Shown piece after piece: positions 40,078 through 52,092 of a stretch of 64,000 bases of DNA. The position numbers and the translations under genes are program-made. Source of the DNA: an uncultured Fibrobacterota bacterium (GTDB lineage: Bacteria; Fibrobacterota; Chitinivibrionia; Chitinivibrionales; FEN-1185); assembly GCA_963753345.1 (NCBI GenBank), contig CAVWBU010000023.1:1-64000 (forward strand), read 5' to 3'. A model generated the notes under the pieces. The model did not search any database and was not told the DNA's origin. It saw only the letters and a list, made by a program, of their open reading frames with translations. Numbering within the stretch: position 1 is the stretch's first letter; every line of letters starts with the position of its first letter.

Positions 40078-41577
40078 TCATTTTAAAACAGCAACCACAC
40101 CCGAAACCACCATATTACCTAATTCGTACGTGACAACATACAACCCGTTCCTCACTCTTTCACCACGCAGATCTGAATAATCCCAGATAAGAGCGGAAGA
40201 CGATGATGAAAGAGAGCGCACCAGCCGTCCCTGCATCGAAAAGATGTTGATGCGAAAACCGGCAGACGAAACGCCGCGCATGCCGATGATGCACCTGTTT
40301 GCCGACGCGTTCATCGTCATTGCCGGTTGAAGGTCTTTCAATCCCCCCTTGCCTGCATCAACAACCTTTGTCGCCGGCGGAGCGTACACTTCGAACTCGA
40401 ACATGGAATAGCCGAACCCGGAGAGGCGCTGGAGGCATCGGACGCGCACGAACCGCGCCTGGGTCTGGGCAATCTTGATCGGCCGCTTTTCCCAGCCTTT
40501 GCCGTCGGTGATGTGGGCGACGGTCGTCCAGCCGTCATCGTCGTCGGATGCCGCAAGGGCAATCTGCAGCAGGTATTCCTTTGCGCCCGAGTCTTCCCAG
40601 TTGAGAAAAACCGAGTCTACCGTGAAAACCGCTCCGAGGTCGACGTAGACCCACGCGGAGTCTTTGTTCGGGTCGTTCTTGTAATCGGTCCCCCACCTGG
40701 TCGAGGAGTCATCGTCGACCACGTTCGCGGCGACAAGGTCGCCGCCTTCGGCGCTTGTGCATTTTGCAAACTTCTTGCACGCGAGGTTGATTTTCGCTTT
40801 TTTGGAAAATGAAAGCGAGGCCCAATTGCTCGTGACGTTGCCGCACGGAGAGGAAACTGTGCACCGGAAAACGGCACCGCTGTCCACCAACGTCGGCTTG
40901 AAGGCGTAATAGGCTGCCGTCGCCTGTGGAATATCATGGTACGTGGCGTCGATCAAGCCCATGCGCTGCCACTGAAACGACATGTCGGTCCCGTCTGCAT
41001 CCACATAGAAGGAAGTGTTGAGCCCGGCCGTGTACGTCCGGTCGGCCGGGTCGGCGGCGATCACCGGCGGAACGCAGCCGGTATAATTCCCGTACACCTC
41101 GAATTCCCATATCGAGTACGCGAAGATCGACGCGCGCTTGTATCCCTGCATGCGCACATAGCGCGCCTGGACAGGCACGAACGTGATGGACCGCGTCTCG
41201 CCCTGGGTTCCGTCGGTGATGTGCGCCGCGGTGGTCCAGCCGCTGTCCGTTGCCGGAAGCGCGGTGGCGACCTGAATCGCGTAGTCCTGGCCGGCCGCAG
41301 TTTCCCAGTAGACAACAACAGAATCGACCGCGTACTGCACGCCCAGGTCAACGTAGATCCATTCGGAATCGGTGGTGAGGCTTTCCCACCGGTCGGTAAG
41401 AACGCCGTTGACGGCCTTTCCGGGCGGGTTGTCCTCGCCCACGCTGGAGGAAAAAACAGGGCGGTAGAGCGCGAGATTGGGTCGGCCGAAAACGTTTGAA
41501 ACCAGCAATGTTGCCAGCAGGATGAAAAATGCGGACGTGACAATGCGGACATGATCAGGGAATGTAATCGATTTCAT
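40078..41577 (-). CDS. Secreted protein with two F5/8-type C (discoidin/CBM32) domains, an Ig domain and a C-terminal tail
   Basis: Twice NLA...RW...WIYVDLG...ARYVR...YSI/MxEFEVY. Confidence 0.88.
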   Translation of the reverse strand: MKSITFPDHVRIVTSAFFILLATLLVSNVFGRPNLALYRPVFSSSVGEDNPPGKAVNGVLTDRWESLTTDSEWIYVDLGVQYAVDSVVVYWETAAGQDYAIQVATALPATDSGWTTAAHITDGTQGETRSITFVPVQARYVRMQGYKRASIFAYSIWEFEVYGNYTGCVPPVIAADPADRTYTAGLNTSFYVDADGTDMSFQWQRMGLIDATYHDIPQATAAYYAFKPTLVDSGAVFRCTVSSPCGNVTSNWASLSFSKKAKINLACKKFAKCTSAEGGDLVAANVVDDDSSTRWGTDYKNDPNKDSAWVYVDLGAVFTVDSVFLNWEDSGAKEYLLQIALAASDDDDGWTTVAHITDGKGWEKRPIKIAQTQARFVRVRCLQRLSGFGYSMFEFEVYAPPATKVVDAGKGGLKDLQPAMTMNASANRCIIGMRGVSSAGFRINIFSMQGRLVRSLSSSSSALIWDYSDLRGERVRNGLYVVTYELGNMVVSGVVAVLK

Positions 41578-41617
41578 GTCCCCCCCTTCCCGAAAAGCAT
41601 GAAACCATTTTGCACTA

Positions 41618-41920
41618 TCAGGCGATCTTAATGCCGGTGGTCCGTATTTCCCTCTGAAATCCGACAACGTCCTTTCCGGCGATAAAAAGATGCGGCTCGA
41701 TCAGAGCGTCTATTTCCCTTCGCGTCTTGAAGAGCTTTTTGAGCAAGGAAAAGTAGTCCTCAGTGAGCCCACTCGTAAAGATGCCGATGTCGATATCACT
41801 GTCCGGGAAGGCGGTACCGCGCGCGCATGAGCCGAAAACCCATGCGCTTTCCACATCGACAATGCCGCGTATGGCCTCCACATACCGCTTGGCCTTCAGG
41901 ATAATTTCATCTTTATCCAT
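41618..41920 (-). CDS. Minimal nucleotidyltransferase (MNT)
   Basis: VFGSCARG...SDIDIG motif. Confidence 0.88.
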   Translation of the reverse strand: MDKDEIILKAKRYVEAIRGIVDVESAWVFGSCARGTAFPDSDIDIGIFTSGLTEDYFSLLKKLFKTRREIDALIEPHLFIAGKDVVGFQREIRTTGIKIA

Positions 41921-41997
41921 GCGTAAAGCTCCTCCGTCTTTCCGAGCACCAATTTCGCATACGCTGCATCCATTTTCACGAGCAGTGCTTCTTTCAT
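41896..41997 (-). pseudogene. Probable C-terminal remnant of a HEPN gene
   Basis: MKEALLVKMDAAYAKLVLGKTEELYAWIKMKLS* overlaps the MNT start; in-frame stop just upstream. Confidence 0.5.
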
Positions 41998-42140
41998 GAC
42001 GGCCATCCTGTTGTTTGTCTAAAGATAAATCATGTAAACAAGGCAGCCTATCTCCAAGAAAGGTTACTGTCAAGGAAACCCCGGCCGGGTCAGATCATCC
42101 TTTCTCCGATCAAGAATACCCCCAGCACATGCGCAGTCGT

Positions 42141-42827
42141 TCACCTTGCCGCAGAATGGGGCGCACCATAGCTCTCCATTGCAAACGGTTTCCCGTGCCC
42201 GGGATAAACCACTGTGACATTCATCTTGCTTAACCTGTCAAGGCTGCCGCGGAGCGCCGCTTCGTTTTCGATGATGTTCGCGCTGTCCGGTTTCTTCCTG
42301 TTGACAAAGGTGTCCCCTGCAAACAGGTCGCCCGAATCGGTCAGAATCCCGATCGAGCCGGGAGTGTGGCCGGGAAGATGGACAATCCTCGCGTTCAAAC
42401 CGTATTCCTTGAGGCTTTGTCCGTCGGAAAGCAGAATGTCCGGAGCAAATTTCGGAACGCTCACCCGTTTCCCCAGCAGGACCCTCACCATCATCCTCAC
42501 GGTAAAAAGCATCCTGTACGAAAACGGCCGCACCTTGCGTTTAAGGAACACGCCCTTCTCCACCTGGTTTACATCGCCGGAATGCATCGCGATCTTCACC
42601 TTGTACTTGTCCCGAAGCCGCAGCGCGTTCCCCGTATGGTCCCCATCTCCATGGGTAATGAGCACCACCTTGAGACTGCCGGGCACGCAGCCGGCCGACT
42701 GCAATTCCCTCTCCAGCATTTCCCCTTGAAAGGGCAAACCGGTGTCAATTATAACGTACCCGTCTCCGGCCTTAAGAAGATATGCATTGACAAAACCCAA
42801 TTCAATCACCCTGATGTCATTGTTCAT
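42141..42827 (-). CDS. MBL-fold metallo-hydrolase
   Basis: THGDGDH, PGHTPGS, AGD and PGHG motifs. Confidence 0.92.
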   Translation of the reverse strand: MNNDIRVIELGFVNAYLLKAGDGYVIIDTGLPFQGEMLERELQSAGCVPGSLKVVLITHGDGDHTGNALRLRDKYKVKIAMHSGDVNQVEKGVFLKRKVRPFSYRMLFTVRMMVRVLLGKRVSVPKFAPDILLSDGQSLKEYGLNARIVHLPGHTPGSIGILTDSGDLFAGDTFVNRKKPDSANIIENEAALRGSLDRLSKMNVTVVYPGHGKPFAMESYGAPHSAAR

Positions 42828-42844
42828 ACCCTATTCCTCCTTGT

Positions 42845-44137
42845 TTACAAAGAATCGGTGACTTCTTCCGAACGTTCTATGCCCTCCTCCACCGCAATGG
42901 TGATTTCCCTTTCCGGCGCGGGCATGCTGTTTCCTGCCTGCCGGATGCCCCCTGAAAAAATGAAGGCGCCCAGAATGCACAGCGTGCCTCCCGCGAGAAA
43001 GGCATTCGGCGCGCCGATGGCCCCGGCAAGCACGCCCGCAAATAAATTGCCAAAGGGAGCCATCCCCAAAAAGGCCATTGCATAAAATGCCATCACGCGG
43101 CCCCTTTTCCTGTCGTCCGCCAACACCTGAAGCAGCGTGTTGCTGGAGGCTATCTGGACCATCATCCCGCATCCGACAACAAGCAGCGCCAGCATGGAAA
43201 GCCAGAAACTTTTCGAAAACGAAACCGCGATGAGCCCGACCCCGAACAGCCCTGCCGCAAAAGGTATCAATTTCCAGACGTCATAACTGTTTTTCCTTGA
43301 CGCGAGGTACATCGCGCCGATCAACGCGCCCATTCCGGTGGCGCCAAAAAGGAAGCCGAGCGTATGAGGCCCCCCTCCGAGGACTGCCTTTGCAAACACG
43401 GGCATCAGCACCTGATACGACATTCCCAGGAGGCTCACCAGCGCCAAGAGCAGTATGGTGGACCGCATGGGGACCGATTTGTAAATATAGGCGAATCCTT
43501 CCGAGAAATCATGGATGATGCGCGGGTTTGCGGGCTCCCTTTTCCTCGGCGCGATGTTCATGGCAAGCAGGGCCACGATTATCATTGCATAGCTTGCGGC
43601 GTTGACGAAAAAGCAGACCCCTTCGCCCGCCGACGCGATGAGAATGCCCGTAATCGAAGGTCCCACCAGACGCGCGCCGTTCACCATGGACGAATTAAGG
43701 GCGATCGCGTTGCCGAGGTCCTCCTTTTTTTCGATCATCTCGACGACAAATGATTGACGGGCGGTAACATCGAAGGCGTTGATTATCCCCAGGCAGGCAT
43801 TGAGGACAATGATCCACGGCACCGTGATTGCGCCGGTCACCACGAGGACAGCGAGGACAGCGGCCTGGATCATGGCAAGCGCCTGGGTAACGAGAAGAAT
43901 GTTCCTCTTGTTCCACCGGTCGGCCAGTACTCCGCCGAGCGGTGAAAGAAGAAAGGAAGGTATCTGACTCACGAATCCGACAATGCCCAGCATGACCGCC
44001 GAATTGGTGAGCCGGTACACCAGCCAGGCGGTTGCCACGCGCTGCATCCAGGTGCCGATCAGCGACGTGCCCTGCCCGACAAAGAACAGGCGATAATTCC
44101 TGTATTGTAAAGCTCTGAAGGTTGACTTGAGGGACAT
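42845..44137 (-). CDS. MFS transporter (MFS_3/DUF894 type)
   Basis: RNYRLFFVGQ..SLIGTWMQ, GGVLADRW and RGRVM motifs. Confidence 0.92.
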   Translation of the reverse strand: MSLKSTFRALQYRNYRLFFVGQGTSLIGTWMQRVATAWLVYRLTNSAVMLGIVGFVSQIPSFLLSPLGGVLADRWNKRNILLVTQALAMIQAAVLAVLVVTGAITVPWIIVLNACLGIINAFDVTARQSFVVEMIEKKEDLGNAIALNSSMVNGARLVGPSITGILIASAGEGVCFFVNAASYAMIIVALLAMNIAPRKREPANPRIIHDFSEGFAYIYKSVPMRSTILLLALVSLLGMSYQVLMPVFAKAVLGGGPHTLGFLFGATGMGALIGAMYLASRKNSYDVWKLIPFAAGLFGVGLIAVSFSKSFWLSMLALLVVGCGMMVQIASSNTLLQVLADDRKRGRVMAFYAMAFLGMAPFGNLFAGVLAGAIGAPNAFLAGGTLCILGAFIFSGGIRQAGNSMPAPEREITIAVEEGIERSEEVTDSL

Positions 44138-44385
44138 AAGCAGGTACGGAAAAAGCCTTTGCGGGTTACCTTTGTGCTGACTCGAAAGATAATTCTTCCG
44201 CAACGACGCTGCGAAGGACGACTGTTCTGTTTTATCACAACAAGAGGACGCCGCACCAGCCGCCTTTCATCATGGTCTGGCAAGAACCATGAAGATGGCA
44301 ATGGTTGATAATTTGCAAATGAGCTTCGATCACGAACCAAACATAGGGATGAGGAGCTCCGCGCCAGAATCACGAGGTCGGTTTC

Positions 44386-44700
44386 TCAAGCTTCGATTCC
44401 CGCATATCTCACATTCCGGGAATTTGCAAAAACGCGAGGCCTTCTATTGATGGTTACCCCGTGCCTGGCCCTCACTTCCGCCTCGGCTCTCAACCAATCT
44501 TCCAGATCTTTTCCCGGCGTGCGATGGTGTTCGCAAAATATCTCATACGCCCGTTTCCGTATTTCGGCTCTCAGCAGCAGGCGTGCCGTCAATTCCTCGG
44601 CGCCAACGGCGACCGCGCTTCCCGCGGGCGAACCGCCTCGGCCCCACATAACCAGCGGCATTGCGTTGAGTTTTCTTCCGTTCGCCATACGTTCCTCCAC
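44386..44700 (-). CDS. DUF2934-domain small protein
   Basis: IRKRAYEI...DLEDWLRAE motif. Confidence 0.75.
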   Translation of the reverse strand: MEERMANGRKLNAMPLVMWGRGGSPAGSAVAVGAEELTARLLLRAEIRKRAYEIFCEHHRTPGKDLEDWLRAEAEVRARHGVTINRRPRVFANSRNVRYAGIEA

Positions 44701-44778
44701 CTTTAATTCTCGACAACCCAGCCCTGTTCCCGGGATTTCCTTTTTCCTGATTATTAGACCGGAAGCGCTGTGTTCCCG

Positions 44779-45795
44779 TTACCGTATACCGGCAAGAAGA
44801 GCGACTCGACGGGCGTATTCGTTGGGAAGGTGGTCGGGCAGGAGCTTCTTGTAGTCCTTGCTCTTGAGATTTTTCCAGATCGTTGCGGCGTACAGATAAC
44901 CGTTCCTGAATTCGTTGTGGGTGAGGCTGTAGTCGTATCCGCCGGGAAGGTGAAGCACCACCTCATCGCCCAGGTGGCGGTAGATGCCATGCCACGACGG
45001 GTGGAGCGAATCCGCCGGGTTGCCCGACGCCGGCAGCGTGGGCGGAATAAAGGGGACCGGATCGTCGTCATTGACAAACCGTATAACCGGAAGGCACCGG
45101 TACGCCACGACGGTTGACTCCGCAAGCACCTTCGGCTGGCCGAAGGTGTACACCGGCCCCAGAAAGAAACCGGCCTTCTGCAGGTGAATGGCAAGAAGCA
45201 AAGCGACGGCCCCGCCCAGCGAGTGGCCGGTGATGTAAAGCCGCGCGTGTGCGGCAATTTTTGAACGGATGAGGGGCTCAAGCCGCTCGGTGGCCTGCAG
45301 AAAGCCCCTGTGCACCCAGGCGCCGATTATCGGATCATACGCTTTGGGATAGTCAAAGTCCTGGATGACATTTTCGACGGAAAACGTGCCCCGGATGATT
45401 ATCCACACACGGCCGCCGGCCGAGTCGAACCAGATGCACGCTTTGTTGCCGGCAAGATAGGGAACCGGCAAACTTCCCACGCTGTCGATCCAGACCGTTC
45501 CCAGCTGTTTGAGCGAATCGTTGCACAGATAAGAAAGCCAGGAAAGACGCGCGGCAAGGGCGGCTTCCCTGAAATTGACGGCCGGCACGCCGGCGCTTGC
45601 GCTGTCGGCGCTGCACCAGCCTTGAGGAGCGCAAAAGGCCGAATCGGAAGGGCCCGGTGCGCATACGTCAATAATGCCGCCCGCGCCAAGCACGCAAACG
45701 CGAGGAGGAAGGGTTGCAACGCAGGCAAGACCAACCACGGCAATGGCGGGAAAGAGCCTGGCCGCACGACGGAAAATCGCGTTGGAGCAGATCAT
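44779..45795 (-). CDS. Lipase class 3 family protein
   Basis: IRGT, VHRGF, TGHSLGG, TFGQP and DPVP motifs. Confidence 0.9.
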   Translation of the reverse strand: MICSNAIFRRAARLFPAIAVVGLACVATLPPRVCVLGAGGIIDVCAPGPSDSAFCAPQGWCSADSASAGVPAVNFREAALAARLSWLSYLCNDSLKQLGTVWIDSVGSLPVPYLAGNKACIWFDSAGGRVWIIIRGTFSVENVIQDFDYPKAYDPIIGAWVHRGFLQATERLEPLIRSKIAAHARLYITGHSLGGAVALLLAIHLQKAGFFLGPVYTFGQPKVLAESTVVAYRCLPVIRFVNDDDPVPFIPPTLPASGNPADSLHPSWHGIYRHLGDEVVLHLPGGYDYSLTHNEFRNGYLYAATIWKNLKSKDYKKLLPDHLPNEYARRVALLAGIR

Positions 45796-45944
45796 CGTTC
45801 CGCCATTTCCTGGAAATCCATCAAGGCCGGAGGGAACAGGATTAATGATACATAATAAATTCGGCCGAAGCAATCATTAATCCGCGAGGGATTTCACTCC
45901 TCGCCTCGCCTCTCCCCGGATACTCCGGGTTCGGCTTCTCCAAT

Positions 45945-45974
45945 TTGACAAAAACCCCGGATAAACCTTATATT
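45945..45974 (+). promoter_or_regulatory. sigma70 promoter upstream of the repeat protein
   Basis: TTGACA-N18-TATATT. Confidence 0.6.
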
Positions 45975-46313
45975 CTCATGAGTGGCGGGTGGCTGGAAAG
46001 GGTTGAGAGGTTGAGACGGCCGACGGACAGAGGGTTAGGAGTCAAACTGGATTCGTGATTTCATTCCTCCCTTTCCCACAAATCGGAATACCTGCACGGT
46101 TGTAAGAGCAAGCCTGAAGAGGCAAAAGTCCGGACGCTCGGCAATACCGCCGGAGCCGGCAACGCGGCAATTCCTTGCGCAGCCGTTAGTTCCGTTTTCG
46201 CACTATCTGCCGCAACAAGAAGGCTGTTCCCTTTTCAATCCTTTGCAGAGGACCGGGAATGCTTATTGCTCTCGTACTTGGAATGGCCTGGTTCAAATAG
46301 ATGGGGGTTTGCA

Positions 46314-49300
46314 TGTGTCCTAAAGAAACCAAGATCATTGTTTCTTCACTTCTCGTCGTAATCATCGGCCTTCTCTTCTTTTGTGAAAGAAACAATCCTT
46401 ACGACCCGAACTCCAAATCGTTTGTTCCCGGGAAAAAGCCCCATGTCGCTTTCGCAAACAAGACCATGTCCGCTTATCTTCTTGACACAATTTCTATCCC
46501 GGTTGTCTGGTCCGACACTGCCGTCGGCGGGGTAAAGGGGGCCATCAAGAAATTTTACATCGACTGGCACGGCGACACGCTCTTTAACGACAGCGTCGCC
46601 GGGACCGCGGCCGACACCCTGGTGCTCAGAAAAGCATTCCCGGTGGAAACCGTAACGGTGCGGATCAGGGCGCTCGATTACGACGGCAATTACAGCGATG
46701 CCGACAGCATGAAGCTGTCCGTGCTTTCGAGCAGGCCAAGAATAGTGATCTCCGGCGGTTCCCGAACCGTCCGTAAAGCGGCCGTATGCACGCTGTCGGT
46801 TTCGGCAACCGACACGGGCGGCAAGATACAATCCTTTCTCTGGGCAAAAAACGGCGCGGATTTCAACGACACCACCTTTGCTGGATCATTTCAGGTTTCG
46901 TACAGCGACACTGGCGCGAAGATCGTTCTTGTCAAGGCCCGCGACAACAAGGGCGTCGAGTCCGGCGTTGACACGTTTCATATTACTGTGTTCGACAAAC
47001 GCGGCGCGGTGTTGTATGACGGAAATGGAAATACCGGCGGCATTGTTCCGACCGACACCAATATCTACGTTGCCGGACAACCGGTAATTGTGCTCGGCAA
47101 TACGGGGAATCTCGAAAAATCTGGATATGTTTTCTCAGGGTGGAACACCCTTTCCACGGGCAGCGGCGCAAATTATTCCCCCGGCGCCACGTTTTCGATG
47201 GATACCGTAAGTGCGATCCTGTATGCACAATGGACAGCAAACCCGACGTTTACTGTTGTCTATAATAGTAATGGCAGTACTGGCGGTACCGTTCCTGCCG
47301 ACACCGTGCACTATTCACTGGGTCAAAGCGTCACGGTGCTCGCGAATACAGGCTCTCTTGACAAGTCAGGAAATGCCTTTGTCGGCTGGAACACGGAAGC
47401 AAACGGCACCGGCATCGGCTATGCGGCGGGCGTGTCCTTTTTCATGGGATCCGCCAATGTAACGCTGTACGCGCAATGGACCGCCGACCCGACCTACACG
47501 GTGACGTATGACGGCAACGGCAACTCAGGCGGCACTGCTCCCGTGGACAACAACAACTATCTGTCCGGCGCGGCCGTGAAAGTCCTCGGCAATGCCAACG
47601 GTCTTGTCAAAACGGGAAACACCTTCATCGGATGGAACACCAAGCCCGACGGCAGCGGGACTGCCTATGCATCGGAGGTCTCGTTTACCATGGGCTCCGC
47701 GAGCGTGACCTTATTCGCGCAATGGACCGCGCTCCCGACGTACACGGTCACCTATAACGGTAACCTCAGCACGGGCGGGACCGCGCCGACAGACGCCAAC
47801 AGCTATATGCAGGGCCAGACCGTAACGGCGCGCGGCGCCGGCACGCTGGTCAAAACCGGCTCCACCTTTGCAGGCTGGAACACGAAGATCGACGGCACAG
47901 GGATCGGCTATGCGGCCGGGGCTACGTTTGCCATGGGAACCGCCAACATTACCCTGTATGCGCAGTGGACGGTTATTCCGACATACACCGTCACCTACAA
48001 CGGCAACAACAATACCTCCGGGACAGTGCCTGCGGACAATAATCATTATACGTTCGGACAGCCGGTGACGGTGCTTGCCAACACCGGGAATCTCGCGAAA
48101 ACAGGCGCAACTTTCGTGGGGTGGAACACGCAGGCCAACGGCAGCGGCACCGGCTACGCGGCTGCGGTGTCCTTTGTCATGGGTTCAGCCAATGTTACCT
48201 TGTATGCGCAATGGACCGCAAATCCAACCTACACCGTGACCTATCGGGGGAATACCAACTCGGGCGGCACCGTTCCTGTGGACTGTAAACAACTATCTGT
48301 CCGGCGCGACCGTTACCGTGCTCGGCAATACCGGCGGGCTTGTCAAAGCAGGAAATACCTTTGTCGGATGGAACACGCAGGCCGACGGCAGCGGCACGAC
48401 CTATGCATCACAGGCCACGTTTGTCATGGGCTCAGCCAACATAACATTGTATGCGCGGTGGACCGCGCTCCCGACGTACACCGTCACCTATGACGGCAAC
48501 GTCAACACGGGCGGTACCGCGCCGGTGGACGCCAACAGCTACCTGCAGGGGCAGACCGTGACAACGCGCGGGGCAGGCACGCTGGTCAAAACAGGTTATA
48601 CCTTTACAGGCTGGAACACGAAGGCCAACGGAAGCGGGACCGCCTATGCGGCAGGAGTGACGTTTGCCATGGGCGCAGCCAACGATACGCTGCATGCCCA
48701 GTGGGCGCTTGTCCCCACCTATGGCGTCGCCTATAACGGCAACACCAATACCACAGGGGCCGCACCCGCGGACAATAACCGTTATACGGTCGGACAATCT
48801 GTCATCGCGCTCGGCAACACCGGGAACCTTGCAAAACCGGGCTACACATTCGTCGGCTGGAACACGCAGGCCAACGACAGCGGCATCGGTTACGCGACCG
48901 GAGTGTCCTTTTTCATGGGTTCCTCCAATGTGACCTTATACGCTCAATGGACCCAGCTCCCAACCTACACGGTCACCTACGACGGCAACGGCAGCACGGG
49001 CGGGAGCGTCCCTCTGGATGGCAATAACTATCTGTCGGGCGCGACGGTGACGGTGCCCGACAATCCCGGCGGACTTGTCAAAACAGGAAACACCTTTATC
49101 GGCTGGAACACAAAGACGGACGGCAGCGGTACGACCTATACATCACTTGCCACCTTTACAATGGGTTCCGCCAACATAACGCTGTACGCGCGGTGGACCT
49201 CCAACCCGACCTACAAAGTGACCTACGATGGCAACGGCAGCTTGGGCGGGACAGCACCGGCCGACGCCAACAGCTACCTGCAGGGCCAGACCGTGACAAC

Positions 49301-52069
49301 GCTGAGCGCCGGGTCACTGGCCAGACCAAGATTACTATACTTTACAGGGTGGAACACTCAGGCAAACGGCGAAGGACTTGGCTACGGGGTCGGCGTCACG
49401 TTTGCCATGCCCTCCAATAACGTGACGCTGTTCGCTCAGTGGACCGGCATTCCCACGTATACGGTCACCTATAACGGCAACGGTAATAATGCCGGCACAG
49501 CACCTACAGACAACAATCGCTATGCAGCCGGACAGCCGGTAATTGCACTCGGCTACGGCAGTCTTGTGGATTCGGGCTACACATTCGTGGGATGGAACAC
49601 GAAGTCCAACGGCACCGGTATCGTGTACGCGGCCGGAGTCTCATTTGTCATGGACACCGCCAATGTGACGCTCTACGCGCAATGGACCGCGCTCCCGACC
49701 TACACCGTCACCTATGACGGCAACGGAGGTACAGGAACTCCCCCTTCAGACGGAAACCACTATCTGTCCGGCGCGATTGTGACCGTGCTCGGCAACACCG
49801 GCGGGCTTGTCAAAACAGGAAATACCTTTGTTGGCTGGAACACGAAGACTGACGGCACCGGCTTGAGCTACACATCACCGGGCACGTTTACAATGGGTTC
49901 CGCCAACGTAACGCTGTATGCACGGTGGACATCCAACCCAACGTACAGAGTGACCTACGAGGGGAACGGCAGTTCGGGCGGGACCACGCCGGCGGACTCC
50001 AACAGGTATTTGCAGGGCCAGACCGTGGTTGTGCTCGCCAACACCGGCGTGCTTGTGAAAACCGGCTTTACTTTTGCGGGCTGGGACACCAATGCCCTCG
50101 GCAGCGGGACTGTCTATGCCCCGGGAGCCTCGTTTATCATGGGAACTGCCAATGTGACGTTGCACGCGCAGTGGGCGGCGATTCCGAAATACACGGTCAC
50201 CTATAACAGGACCACCGCCAACAGCGGTATCGGGACTGTTCCTGTGGATACAAATCATTACATGTTCGGACAATTGGTGACCGTGCTCGGCGACACCGGC
50301 GGGCTTGTGAAAACAGGTTCTACCTTCGTCGGGTGGAACACACAGGCAGGTGGCGGCGGCATCGGGTACGCGGCGGGAGTGTCATTTGTCATGGGTTCTG
50401 CCAACGATACACTCTACGCGCAATGGAGTGCCCTCCCGACCTACACCGTCACTTATAACGGTAATACGAACACAAGCGGAAACGCGCCGGTGGACCCCAA
50501 CAATTATCTGTCCGGTACGAGCGTGACAGTGCTCGGCAGCAACACACTTGTCAAGACCGGATACACGTTCGTTGGCTGGGATACCATTGCCAACGGCGGC
50601 GGGAATGTCATAGGAACCTCGTTTACCATGAAATCCATCAACGTGACATTGTACGCGCAATGGACCGCAAACCAGACGTATTCCGTCACTTACTTCGGCA
50701 ACGACAGCACGGGCGGCACTGTTCCGGTTGACAAGAACAACTATCTATCCGGCGCGACGTGACCGTGCTCGCCAACACAGGCGGTCTTGTCAGAACAGGA
50801 AATACGTTCATTGGCTGGAACACGCAAGCCAGACGGCAGCGGGACATGCCTATGCCCCAGGAGACACGTTTACCATAACGTCCGCCAAGCTGCCGTATGC
50901 GCAGTGGACCGCGCTTCCCACCTGTACGGTCACCTATTCGGAAACGGCAACACGAGCGCGAATGTGCCGTCAGATGCAAGTCACTATTTTCGGAACAACT
51001 GTGCCGATTCCGGGTAATGCGGAGGCCCTGCACAGAACCGGCGATAAATTGCGGATGGGATGCCATGTGCACGTCGATGGTGGTCGACAGTCTTAGGATC
51101 CGTCGTTTACTATGGATCAGCCAACGTGACACACAAATCACACAATAGCGGCGACCTTTGCACTCACGTACATGCACCATGATGGCAACGACTGCAGCAG
51201 GCGGCACTATTCCGCGAGGAGGGAACACGATTAATCCGGTTCAACAGATGACAACGTATACCATTACCGCCGCTCCGCATTATCATATTGTGGCCGTTGT
51301 TGTAACTGGAACACGCAGAAAGATGGCAAGGGGACACTCCTACTCGTCCCGGAGACATTTTAGAAATGGGTACCAGTAATGTAACGTTATACGCCATCTG
51401 CGTCTTCACCATCACGCAACGGCCTGTTTAACCCGGGTCAATATCCCCGTCCGGAGCAGTGACTCGATACCGGGAGCGGATCAAACTTTTCTATGACACC
51501 CGGTCCCAATTATCATGTCGATAGTGTTTATGTCAATGGATCACCAGTAACTCCAGCCTTGACGTACACATTCACGGTGTTTCGGGCAACTCCACCATTT
51601 CCGCAACGTTTGTGATCAACACGTACACGATTTCATTTGATCCAAGCGGCGCAACCGGATCGATGGCTGATCAAACCATAACAAGCGGATCATCGGCAAG
51701 TCTTGCGGCGAACGTATTTACCAAAGCAGGATGGACTTTTGCGGGATGGGCAACCACTGCCGGTGGAGCAGTAGCTTATTCCGAAATGGCGCAAGCTACA
51801 CCATGGGCACATCAAATGTGACGCTGTATGCAGTATGGACAGCCACCGTTACCTTTGATGACCAGGGCGCTACCGTACTGGAAAGTCCAGCAGCGATAAG
51901 TGTTACATCGCCGGCAACAACAGTCGGTACGTTACCAACCTCGCCCTCAAAAGACCTCTATAATTTTAATGGTTGGTATACGGAGGTGAATGGCGGAGGA
52001 TCGTCATTTACCGCAAGTACCACGGTTACTGGTAGTATTACTGTGTATGCCTATTGGACACTGCAATGA
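46314..52069 (+). CDS. Giant surface (lipo)protein with at least 16 Listeria-Bacteroides (InlB B/Flg_new) repeats; frameshift at ~48285, heavily disrupted 50760-51790
   Basis: Repeated TYTVTY.GN...K.G.TF.GWNT...MG.ANVTLYAQW across ORFs 46301, 48318, 51612 and 51731. Confidence 0.85.
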
Positions 52070-52092
52070 GTTTTAAGGAATAGAAGTATCTC

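Noticed and set aside
46090-46190. c-di-GMP-I riboswitch suggested by GGCAAA
   Set aside because: The GNRA-capped P2 and the downstream GCAAAG/receptor elements are not in the right order.
47000-51790. Diversity-generating retroelement TR/VR pair
   Set aside because: Differences between repeats are not adenine-specific and no reverse transcriptase is present.
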